Positions 56,285-64,000 of a stretch of DNA of 64,000 nt are shown in pieces; position 1 is the first letter of the stretch, and every line of letters begins with the position of its first letter. The notes under the pieces are model-generated. The model was not told the origin of the DNA, did not search any database, and was given only the letters and a program-made list of their open reading frames with translations. A program made the translations under genes and the position numbers. This stretch comes from Saprospiraceae bacterium. Lineage in GTDB: Bacteria; Bacteroidota; Bacteroidia; Chitinophagales; Saprospiraceae. The DNA lies in NCBI GenBank assembly GCA_043772905.1, contig JAYVFS010000301.1, forward strand, positions 2,522 through 66,521, given 5' to 3'.

Positions 56285-58660
56285 TCACTTGATGAGTGTA
56301 AAATCGCCTTTAATAATCTCTTTTCGCCCATCAATATAAGTCACCTCAGCCCAAAAGACATAAACACCTGTCATCGCTTCTTGACCCTGAAAATAACCGT
56401 CCCAACCTTCCGTTTCAGCTGCAGGAAAAATATGGTCTTTTTGAAACATAAGATGCCCACCACGACCAAAAACCTTAAAGTTCTTTATACTTACGACCGT
56501 TTTTCCACCATATAAGGTGTAATAATCGTTTATCAAATCACCATTTGGCGAAAAGGCTTGTGGCGCAAAAAAGAGGTTGTCGCGTCGTATAATCACTTGT
56601 GTAGCTGCCATTTTGATACAACCCAATGAATCTATAGCCGTAATACTGTACGTATTGGAGTCAAAAGGTTTCACAAAAGTATCGAGCGAACGAATGGAAC
56701 GGTCGCTCCAATAGAAACTACTGAGGGGTCTGTCAGTCGTAACCGTTAGGCGAAATGAATCACCAAATTGCACTTCTTTACTTTCTGGTAATTGCAAAAC
56801 GAAGGGTGTTGGGTTAGGAATATCAATCTTTTTATCAATTTTACAACCCATTCTATCCACTAAGGAAATGGTGTAACTGCCTGATTTCAAGTTTTCGATG
56901 AAAATACGGCGTGGAAATGTGTCATGCCCATTCACTAAAAAATAAGGGGGCGAACCGCCTCTGGCACTGTCGAGAGCAATAACAGCATCGTTTCCATCGT
57001 GGCAGCGCGGCGGTTTTACGGAATATTCAGCAACTTCTGGCGAAGGAATAATCTTTAAAAGAATATCATCTTTAACTGTACAGGCTGTTGTAGCAGTCAC
57101 TTTGACAAAAATTTTGACGGTTTGCTTAGGATTAACAGTAATTATAGGCGTTGTTTCGCCTGTACTCCAACTATATAAGCAGTTGCGGCAATCGGGAATT
57201 GTGGCATCGAGCGTCACAGGATAACTCACACAAACTTGTGTACTGTCTCCCAGATTCAATTCAAAAATACACTTGATTTTAGCGACCCACATATCATTTG
57301 TATTGAGTTTGCCGCCATCTGGGAAAACGAGTCTGCCTCGGGCATTTTCTGTTTTGTCGCTGCCAGCGTCTGAATTGGACAAACCACAAACCAAATAGGC
57401 ACCATCTTCAAACTTGACCATTTCAAAAGCAGCGTCATTGCCCGGTCCGCCAAAATTTTGATCCCAAATAATATCCCCTTTTTCGTCAATATAGACCAAC
57501 CAGAAATCGTAATTACCTCTGAGTGTATCTTGTTTTGTACCGCCAGGCAAGGATATAGATTGTCCTGCCAGCATAATATAGCCCGTTTTGTTCTGTTCAA
57601 TGGCGACTACACGGTCGTTGCTGGTACCGCCATACGTTTTGTCCCAAATCTTTTTGCCGTTTTTATCAATTTTAATTATCCAAAAATCGGCTTCGCCATA
57701 ATTCGGAGCGGTTTTGTCAAAATCAGGGTCGCCGCTACTGTTTGCACCAATGATAAAAGTGCCATCTTTAAGTTCTTGAATATCTCTGATTTCATCCAAT
57801 TTAGAACTGCCATAGGTTTTATCCCATATTTTCTGCCCATTGCTATCAAATTTGATAACCCAAATATCTTTGTTATTGCCTTTTACACCGCGTAAATCCT
57901 CTGATTTGTCACCCGATCGGCTTGAAATAGATTCACAAGCCAATATGAAATTACCGTCTTGTGTGGTACTCAAAGCATAAGGATACTCGTCACGGTCGTC
58001 GCCGCCAAAGGATTTATCCCAAATTTTATTGCCATTTTTATCTATTTTGAGTAGCCAAATATCATTTGCGCCTTGGCTTGGCATTGTTTTGTCGCCACTG
58101 ACAGGTGAGTCAGAATGCCCAACAATGATATAACTGTTTCCATTATCAGTGACAATGGCATTAAAAGGTTGGTCGTCGCCGCTGCCACCATAGGTTTTTT
58201 CCCATCGTTTCGTTCCATCTGGCGCAATTTGCACGAGCCAAAAATCGAAACCACCTTTGTTGGCATCTGTTTTGTCGCCCGTTTTTCCAGAAAGGCTTGC
58301 ACCGATTAAAAGATACCCCTCAGTATTTTGAATCGCTTTGTAACAACGGTCAGTCGTATCGCCACCGTAGCGTTTGTCCCACAATTTTATTCCTGTGCTA
58401 TCAATTCGGACAATCCAATAATCTTCTGCGCCCCGTGCGGCTTGTGTCACATCGCGTCCGTCGGCGGGTGAGTCGGTTGAACCGATGAGTAAAAAACCAC
58501 CATCCTCAGTTTTGAAAGCAGATTGAAGGGTTTCCCAACCTGTGGCTCCATAAGTTTTGTCCCATTGCACACTCGGTTGAGCTATAATGGAGACTGATGC
58601 CATTGTTAAAAAAGCAAGTATAAATGGAAGTGATATATTTTTAATGCTTGGAATGTTCAT
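56285..58660 (-). CDS. Large secreted protein with repeated WDKxYGG beta-propeller-like modules and a T9SS type-B C-terminal sorting domain
   Basis: 791 aa with a signal peptide. About 8 repeats of the K.WDKTYGG..D form. C-terminus FSPNGDLINDYY ... VFGRGGHLMF ... GVYVFWAEV is CHU_C type. Confidence 0.8.
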   Translation of the reverse strand: MNIPSIKNISLPFILAFLTMASVSIIAQPSVQWDKTYGATGWETLQSAFKTEDGGFLLIGSTDSPADGRDVTQAARGAEDYWIVRIDSTGIKLWDKRYGGDTTDRCYKAIQNTEGYLLIGASLSGKTGDKTDANKGGFDFWLVQIAPDGTKRWEKTYGGSGDDQPFNAIVTDNGNSYIIVGHSDSPVSGDKTMPSQGANDIWLLKIDKNGNKIWDKSFGGDDRDEYPYALSTTQDGNFILACESISSRSGDKSEDLRGVKGNNKDIWVIKFDSNGQKIWDKTYGSSKLDEIRDIQELKDGTFIIGANSSGDPDFDKTAPNYGEADFWIIKIDKNGKKIWDKTYGGTSNDRVVAIEQNKTGYIMLAGQSISLPGGTKQDTLRGNYDFWLVYIDEKGDIIWDQNFGGPGNDAAFEMVKFEDGAYLVCGLSNSDAGSDKTENARGRLVFPDGGKLNTNDMWVAKIKCIFELNLGDSTQVCVSYPVTLDATIPDCRNCLYSWSTGETTPIITVNPKQTVKIFVKVTATTACTVKDDILLKIIPSPEVAEYSVKPPRCHDGNDAVIALDSARGGSPPYFLVNGHDTFPRRIFIENLKSGSYTISLVDRMGCKIDKKIDIPNPTPFVLQLPESKEVQFGDSFRLTVTTDRPLSSFYWSDRSIRSLDTFVKPFDSNTYSITAIDSLGCIKMAATQVIIRRDNLFFAPQAFSPNGDLINDYYTLYGGKTVVSIKNFKVFGRGGHLMFQKDHIFPAAETEGWDGYFQGQEAMTGVYVFWAEVTYIDGRKEIIKGDFTLIK

Positions 58661-58790
58661 GCTAAAGTGTTTGCTTTTGACTCCAAAGATATTTGTTTTT
58701 TTCTGAAATGTCTATCTTCTTAAAGTAACTGGAACAACATTTAACACACTAAAGTTAAAATTTCTCTTTTTTTTTTCAGAATTCTAAACT

Positions 58791-58798
58791 TACCTTTG
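58791..58798 (+). promoter_or_regulatory. -7 promoter box TACCTTTG
   Basis: TAnnTTTG match 46 nt upstream of hpt. Confidence 0.4.
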
Positions 58799-58843
58799 AC
58801 GCAATTTTAAATAAGACAAATTTTGTTCTAATACGATAAAAAG

Positions 58844-59395
58844 ATGATAATGATTGAAAATCAATTAGTTACTGTACACGATAAAACTTTTAGACCCATG
58901 ATTTCTGCAGATGCCATTGCAGTTAGGGTAGCCGCTATCGGCAAACAGATTACGGAGGATTATTGTGGCAAAAAACCACTTTTGTTATCTATTTTAAATG
59001 GTGCATTCATGTTCGCTGCGGATTTGGCTCGCGTTATTGATACAGACTTAGAATTGACATTTGTCAAGCTCTCTTCTTACAAAGGTACTTCAACTACGGG
59101 TAAAGTCACTACAGTTTTAGGTCTTGACACCGATTTGCGTGGACGACACATCATTATTGTAGAAGACATCGTTGACACAGGCAATACGTTACACAATTTT
59201 TTTGAAGAACTCTACAAAGAAGAGCCTGCGTCTGTCGAAATCGCTGCTTGTTTTCACAAACCAGAGGCTTTACAGCACCCCCTCAGTATCAAGTACTTAG
59301 GTTTCGAGATTCCGAATCATTTTATCATTGGTTATGGATTGGATTTCGATGGCTTGGGGCGCAATTTGCCTGATGTGTATGAATTGAATGAGTGA
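58844..59395 (+). CDS. hpt: Hypoxanthine phosphoribosyltransferase
   Basis: 183 aa. PRPP loop IIIVEDIVDTGNTL and C-terminal IGYGLDFDGLGRNLP. Confidence 0.9.
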   Translation: MIMIENQLVTVHDKTFRPMISADAIAVRVAAIGKQITEDYCGKKPLLLSILNGAFMFAADLARVIDTDLELTFVKLSSYKGTSTTGKVTTVLGLDTDLRGRHIIIVEDIVDTGNTLHNFFEELYKEEPASVEIAACFHKPEALQHPLSIKYLGFEIPNHFIIGYGLDFDGLGRNLPDVYELNE

Positions 59396-59407
59396 TTTTT
59401 GACCACA

Positions 59408-59502
59408 GATAGGACAGATTAGACTGATTTACGCAGATTTTCCTTTGTTCCTTACAGAATAACAAAGGAAAATCTGCGTAAATCAGTCTAATCTGTCCTA
59501 TC
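59408..59502. repeat. Perfect about 42-bp-arm inverted repeat of the GACCACAGAT..CTGAT family
   Basis: GATAGGACAGATTAGACTGATTTACGCAGATTTTCCTTTGTT pairs with 59461-59502. The distal arm supplies the last codons and the stop of the GNAT ORF. Confidence 0.85.
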
Positions 59503-59961
59503 TTCCTTTATCGCCAATTGTTTTTCAAAACAGACACTATTTTCGATGCCTTCATATTGACCATAATTAGGTATGATACCGTATCCATTCTTTTTATAAA
59601 GTTCTATCGCCTCGGGCTGTTTTTTGCCTGTTTCTAAAACGCAGCGTGTATAGGACATTTCCTTTGCCCAAACCTCCAATTCCGTTAAAACGATTGTTGC
59701 CAAACCTTTTCCTCTGTGTTGTAGTAAAGTGTACATGCGTTTGACTTCCATTGCTTTTGGTTCAAATTCTTTTATAGCGCCACAACTGACTGCTACCCCC
59801 TCAGAATATGCGACAACAGCATGTTTGATATGTGTTATTTTATTGAATTGGTCATAAAAAGCATGCTCATCGCCGTCTCTTTTAGCTAAGTCAGCGTCAA
59901 GAAGTTTGACTAATTCAATAAAATCTGGATTATCAGAGTTGGTTCTTATTAGTTTTATCAT
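59488..59961 (-). CDS. GNAT family N-acetyltransferase
   Basis: Start set at MIKLIRTNSDNPDF. Acetyl-CoA motif LLQHRGKGLATIVL. Confidence 0.8.
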   Translation of the reverse strand: MIKLIRTNSDNPDFIELVKLLDADLAKRDGDEHAFYDQFNKITHIKHAVVAYSEGVAVSCGAIKEFEPKAMEVKRMYTLLQHRGKGLATIVLTELEVWAKEMSYTRCVLETGKKQPEAIELYKKNGYGIIPNYGQYEGIENSVCFEKQLAIKEDRTD

Positions 59962-60187
59962 TTTAGAAATATTAAATTGAAACGTAACAACATAGGTCGG
60001 ACACAAATTTCACAAATTGCACGAATTAAAATGATGAAATCTTAAGGATTTTAAAATCTGAATAAAAAAAAACTAAAAATAAAATTCGTGTAATTTGTGA
60101 GATTTATGTCTGCCCTAAGATGTTACAAAAAAAGAAAGCCCACTGACCGAAATCAGCGGGCTTATTCATGCGGCTTTAAATCATTGT

Positions 60188-60649
60188 TTAATTCTTAGGC
60201 TCGGTTTGCGCGTCACCTTGTTTTTTACTTTTTCCTTTGTGTTCGCCTTTTTTTCCTTGCATTTTGCCAGAATGTTGTTTTTTCATTTCAGTCAATTTTG
60301 CGTATTGGTCAGCGTTCAAAACACCCTTTACTTCTGCATCATGTGACTTTTTCATTTCAGCCATTTTTGATTTCTTTTGCTCTTTGCTCAAAGTTTCATC
60401 GGTTTTCAAGGCTTTCATTTTGCCTTTGTAGTCATTACCGATTTTCTTCATGCTGTTTGATTGGTCACTTGACAAGTTCAACTCTTTTTTCATGTCCATT
60501 GCACCAGCGTGTTTGCCATTGCCACCTCTGTGACCTTTAACGCGCTCCGTTTTAGCTTCATTTTGCGTTTCAATTTGAGTAGCTGATTGAGCAAAACTGT
60601 TTGCAGCAAAAGCTAAAATGGCGACGAATAAAACGATTACTTTTTTCAT
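60188..60649 (-). CDS. Small Lys-rich periplasmic protein with LxxxQ (Spy/CpxP-like) repeats
   Basis: 153 aa. Signal peptide MKKVIVLFVAILAFAANSFAQ, then LNLSSDQ and LNADQYAKL motifs. Paralogue of the next gene. Confidence 0.5.
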   Translation of the reverse strand: MKKVIVLFVAILAFAANSFAQSATQIETQNEAKTERVKGHRGGNGKHAGAMDMKKELNLSSDQSNSMKKIGNDYKGKMKALKTDETLSKEQKKSKMAEMKKSHDAEVKGVLNADQYAKLTEMKKQHSGKMQGKKGEHKGKSKKQGDAQTEPKN

Positions 60650-60889
60650 GTGTGAATTTCTGTTTAATTTTTTAAAATTATTTTTCCTTCAAATTCTATC
60701 CTCATTTGTTGAGAATACATTTAAGACGTTGGTTTAATGAGGAGGTTTAAATAGTTTTCCTGCTTTAAGAAATCTTTAACTTAATGGGTTTTTACCTAAA
60801 ATCAGTCGTATCAGTCTAATCAGTGGGCCAAAAAAGAAAAGCCCACTGACCGTAATCAATGGGCTTTTTCCAAAATATTTATTGTTAAA

Positions 60890-61276
60890 TTAGTTGTTTT
60901 TACCTGGATTCGCAGCTTTCTGCGCTTCCTTTCGTTGTTTTTTAACTTCATTCCATTTAGCAAACTGATCTGCACTCAAAAGCGCTTTCATATCCGTGTC
61001 ATTTGATGCTTGCAGTTCCGTCATTTTTTCTTTTTTAGCTTTTTTGTCCATAGACTCATCCGCTTTGAGGGCATCACTTTTCTCTTTGTAAGCTTTGCCG
61101 ATTTCTTTCATTTTTGTGTCTTGTTCTTTGGTTAAGTCCAAAACAGTTTTCCAACTTTCTGGTTTTTGACCTGCCATAGCTTCTGGTTTTGCCATTTTTT
61201 CAGCAGTATTAGTTTGCGCAAAAGAGTTTACTGCGAATGCAGTCAAAACAGCGAATAAAACGATTACTTTTTTCAT
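60890..61276 (-). CDS. Small Lys-rich periplasmic protein, tandem paralogue
   Basis: Start set at MKKVIVLFAVLTAFAVNSFAQ, then LDLTKEQ and LSADQFAKW. The promoter-proximal and terminator sequences are also duplicated. Confidence 0.5.
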   Translation of the reverse strand: MKKVIVLFAVLTAFAVNSFAQTNTAEKMAKPEAMAGQKPESWKTVLDLTKEQDTKMKEIGKAYKEKSDALKADESMDKKAKKEKMTELQASNDTDMKALLSADQFAKWNEVKKQRKEAQKAANPGKNN

Positions 61277-61490
61277 CAACAACATTGTTTTTTAATTGAA
61301 ATAAATATTTTTTACCTTCAGATTCTGTCCTCAAATTTAGGGAACGGGTTTAAGACGACAATAATACAATGAAGTTTAATGTCATCAGCATTTTTAAGAA
61401 AATGTTAACGAAATGCTCATACTACCCCCTCAGTATTTTTCTTTTTTGTCAATAAAAAATCCGAAACTTGTGCCTTATTTAAAGTCATTT

Positions 61491-63905
61491 ATGTTACAAA
61501 AACTGCGCAATCTCTCTATTTTCTTTTTAGAAAAACACCGCCGCAAAACGCAAATAGGCTTTTGTGTCCTCTTCATTGCCTTTTGGTTCTGTCTGCCAAA
61601 ACCGTTATTCGACGACCCAACGAGCATGGTTTTGGAAGCAAACGACGGGGCTTTACTCAATGCCCGCATTGCAGCCGATGGGCAATGGCGTTTTCCGCCA
61701 AGCGATACCTTACCTGAAAAATTTATCACCTGTTTATTGGAATTTGAAGACCGCCAATTTTATTATCACCCAGGAGTTAATCTTTTTTCACTGGTTCGTG
61801 CCATTGGACAAAATATTAGAAATCAAGAAGTTGTGAGTGGCGGTTCTACCATAACCATGCAAACGATACGTATGTCTCGAAAAAGTCAACCCCGAAACAT
61901 ATTAACGAAACTCATCGAAGCAACTATGGCAATGCGCCTCGAAGTGACTTACAAAAAGAACGATATTTTGTTGTTATATGCCTCCAATGCCCCTTTTGGT
62001 GGCAATGTCGTCGGTCTTGAAGCTGCTTCATGGCGTTATTTTGGCAAAAGCCCGAAACAATTGACTTGGGCAGAATCTGCGATGCTCGCCGTTTTGCCCA
62101 ATGCGCCTTCGCTCATTCACATTACTCGTAATCGGCAAGCCCTTTTCAACAAAAGAAATCGCCTTTTAGAACGCTTGATACTGAGGGGTAAAATTGATCG
62201 CGCTTCAGGCGAATTAGCGAAAGAAGAACCTTTGCCCGACCAGCCTTTGTCGTTGCCGCAATCCGCGCCTCATTTGCTGGATAGGGTTTTCAAAGAGCAA
62301 ATTTTTAGGACAGGTAAACGCTCTCGTGTTCGAACAACCATAGATGAAAACTTACAAAAACAAGTCAATAATATCCTTACAATACATCACAATACCTTGA
62401 TTTCCAATGGTATTCACAACGCAGCTGTTTTTGTGACAGATATTGAAACAGGCAATGTGTTGGCATATTGCGGCAATATTATAGGGGCAGGAAAGGCGCA
62501 CGGTGAAGACGTGGATGTGATTCCATCGATGCGTTCAACAGGCAGTATTTTGAAGCCATTTTTATATGCTTATGCTCAACAAGAAGGTGAAATTTTGCCC
62601 AATTCATTGCTCGTTGATATTCCAACAGAAATTGGCGGTTATCATCCTGAAAATTATGCGGAAACGTATGACGGAGTGATTCCCGCAAGACGTGCCTTAG
62701 CTCGTTCACTCAACATTCCGTTTGTCCGTTTGTTGAGTCAATATGGCATAGAGAAATTTTATCATCATTTGAAGAAATTGGGCATCACATCTTTTACGAA
62801 TTCGCCCGACCATTATGGTTTAACTATGATTTTAGGCGGTGGCGAAGGCTCTCTTTGGGAGATTACAAACGCTTATGCTTCCATGGCTCGAACGGCTAAA
62901 CATTGGTACAGTTTGCAAAACAAATATGCCGTAGATGATTGGCATTCAGCGAATTATGTTTATAAAAAAAACAAAGACAAGCCACTTTTTTCGTTCAAAT
63001 CTTCGACACAAGAGACCCCATCAGTATTGTCAGCTTCTGCTTCGTGGTTGGTGTTAGATGCCATGAAAGAAGTGGAGCGTCCCGATGGTGAAGGCAATTG
63101 GGAGTTGTTTAATTCTTCAAAAACCATTGCTTGGAAAACAGGGACAAGTTTCGGTTTTCGTGATGCGTGGGCTGTCGGTTTGACCCCTCAGTATGCCGTC
63201 GGTGTTTGGGTCGGTAATGCCGATGGTGAAGGTCGTCCAGGTTTAATTGGGGTTGAAAAAGCGGCACCGATTCTCTTTGATGTTTTCAATGCATTGCCAA
63301 CTAAAAACGAATGGTTTGAACAACCTTATGATGATATGATGAAAATCGAAGTTTGTCGCCAAAGTGGTTACCGAGCGACTGATTTATGCGAAAAAGATAC
63401 TGTTTGGGCATCAAAAACAGGGATTAAAGTCAAATCATGCCTTTTTCATCAATTGGTACATTTGGATAAAACGGAAAAGTTTCAAGTCACGGGCGAGTGC
63501 GAAGAACCGCAAAATATGGTGCATCGTCCGTGGTTTTTGTTGCCTCCTTTACAGGAATTTTACTTCAAACCCCGACATCCGAACTATCAACCACCCCCTC
63601 AGTATAGAGCCGATTGTCGCACCGTTGAAAGTAAAGTAAACCCGATGCAGTTGATTTATCCAAAATCTATAACAAAAATTTATGTACCCATAGATTTTGA
63701 TGGCAAACCCAGCGCAACCATTTTCCGAGTAGCACACAGAGAAGCCAATGCTCAAATTTATTGGCATTTGGACAATGCGTTTGTTTCAGCAACAAAAACG
63801 TTTCATCAAATCGCTCTACAACCTACAATCGGCAAACATCGTTTAACGTTAGTAGATGCCAATGGCAATCGTTTAGAACAAGTTTTTGAAATAATGGCAA
63901 AATAA
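61491..63905 (+). CDS. pbpC: Penicillin-binding protein 1C (bifunctional transglycosylase/transpeptidase)
   Basis: Start set at MLQKLRNLS. GT51 motifs EDRQFYYHPGVN and GGSTITMQ, transpeptidase STGSILKP (SxxK), and a C-terminal PbpC_C-like domain. Confidence 0.9.
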   Translation: MLQKLRNLSIFFLEKHRRKTQIGFCVLFIAFWFCLPKPLFDDPTSMVLEANDGALLNARIAADGQWRFPPSDTLPEKFITCLLEFEDRQFYYHPGVNLFSLVRAIGQNIRNQEVVSGGSTITMQTIRMSRKSQPRNILTKLIEATMAMRLEVTYKKNDILLLYASNAPFGGNVVGLEAASWRYFGKSPKQLTWAESAMLAVLPNAPSLIHITRNRQALFNKRNRLLERLILRGKIDRASGELAKEEPLPDQPLSLPQSAPHLLDRVFKEQIFRTGKRSRVRTTIDENLQKQVNNILTIHHNTLISNGIHNAAVFVTDIETGNVLAYCGNIIGAGKAHGEDVDVIPSMRSTGSILKPFLYAYAQQEGEILPNSLLVDIPTEIGGYHPENYAETYDGVIPARRALARSLNIPFVRLLSQYGIEKFYHHLKKLGITSFTNSPDHYGLTMILGGGEGSLWEITNAYASMARTAKHWYSLQNKYAVDDWHSANYVYKKNKDKPLFSFKSSTQETPSVLSASASWLVLDAMKEVERPDGEGNWELFNSSKTIAWKTGTSFGFRDAWAVGLTPQYAVGVWVGNADGEGRPGLIGVEKAAPILFDVFNALPTKNEWFEQPYDDMMKIEVCRQSGYRATDLCEKDTVWASKTGIKVKSCLFHQLVHLDKTEKFQVTGECEEPQNMVHRPWFLLPPLQEFYFKPRHPNYQPPPQYRADCRTVESKVNPMQLIYPKSITKIYVPIDFDGKPSATIFRVAHREANAQIYWHLDNAFVSATKTFHQIALQPTIGKHRLTLVDANGNRLEQVFEIMAK

Positions 63906-63937
63906 AAAAATAGCCCTGAAAGGGCATAATGTGTTAG

Positions 63938-63983
63938 CAATGGGTAACGCCCATTGAATAATAACAATGGGTAACGCCCATTT
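63938..63983. repeat. Two direct copies (27-bp period) of the mini-palindrome CAATGGGTAACGCCCATT
   Basis: Copies at 63938-63956 and 63965-63983. Each folds as AATGGG-TAAC-GCCCATT. Confidence 0.8.
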
Positions 63984-64000
63984 AGAAAATACAAAAAATG

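Larger units (their letters stand above)
2106..63604. repeat. Dispersed short motif aTACTGAGGGG(G)(G)t, 57 copies across the window
   Basis: Exact 8-mer core CTGAGGGG/CCCCTCAG counted by eye: 28 copies on the top strand and 29 on the bottom strand. 51 copies have the full 10-mer. Coordinates are listed in the first finding. Confidence 0.9.

Noticed and set aside
2106-63604. The abundant TACTGAGGGG word as a Chi-like or KOPS/FtsK-orienting polar sequence
   Set aside because: Such sequences are strongly strand-skewed along a replichore. Here the split is 28 top to 29 bottom, with both orientations interleaved across the window.
2106-63604. The motif as the visible part of a MITE or REP element
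   Set aside because: Aligning all 57 copies shows conservation only from the A before TACTG to the T after the G-run. Flanks are unrelated and most copies are inside conserved coding sequence.

Overview
This is a 64-kb chromosomal segment from a low-GC genome (about 40 percent GC by eye). It is very probably Bacteroidota: it carries T9SS PorP/SprF and type-B C-terminal sorting domains, DUF1573, a futalosine-pathway gene and TAnnTTTG -7 promoter boxes. It holds about 50 genes, mostly housekeeping: pyrR, queD-folE, SUI1/yciH, tilS, kdsA, trmD, sbcCD, gcvP, queA, hisH-hisA, hpt, pbpC, a 1883-aa alpha-2-macroglobulin, and one tRNA-Gln(UUG). There are a few surface or accessory loci: a PorP/SprF-OmpA fusion with its T9SS cargo and a repeat-rich fibre-like protein, a YegPx4-TM-OmpA protein, a xisH/xisI pair, a patatin-like lipase, and a LemA-TPM-TPM operon. 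I saw no transposase, integrase, CRISPR array or recognisable multi-gene defence island. The most unusual signal is at the DNA level. A non-palindromic word, aTACTGAGGGG(G)(G)t, occurs 57 times (about 0.9 per kb), split equally between strands. It lies in genes and spacers and is written through five different reading frames. This is a DNA-uptake-sequence-like (DUS/USS-like) signature that I do not know to be described for this phylum. Secondary observations: xisH is interrupted by an in-frame TGA, and the xisHI cassette sits between two copies of the same terminator. There is a candidate preQ1-I riboswitch upstream of queD. An AT-rich 239-bp repeat insert splits hisH from hisA. Several families of intergenic hairpins are built from short words. 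All calls come from reading the sequence and ORF translations; no searches were run.
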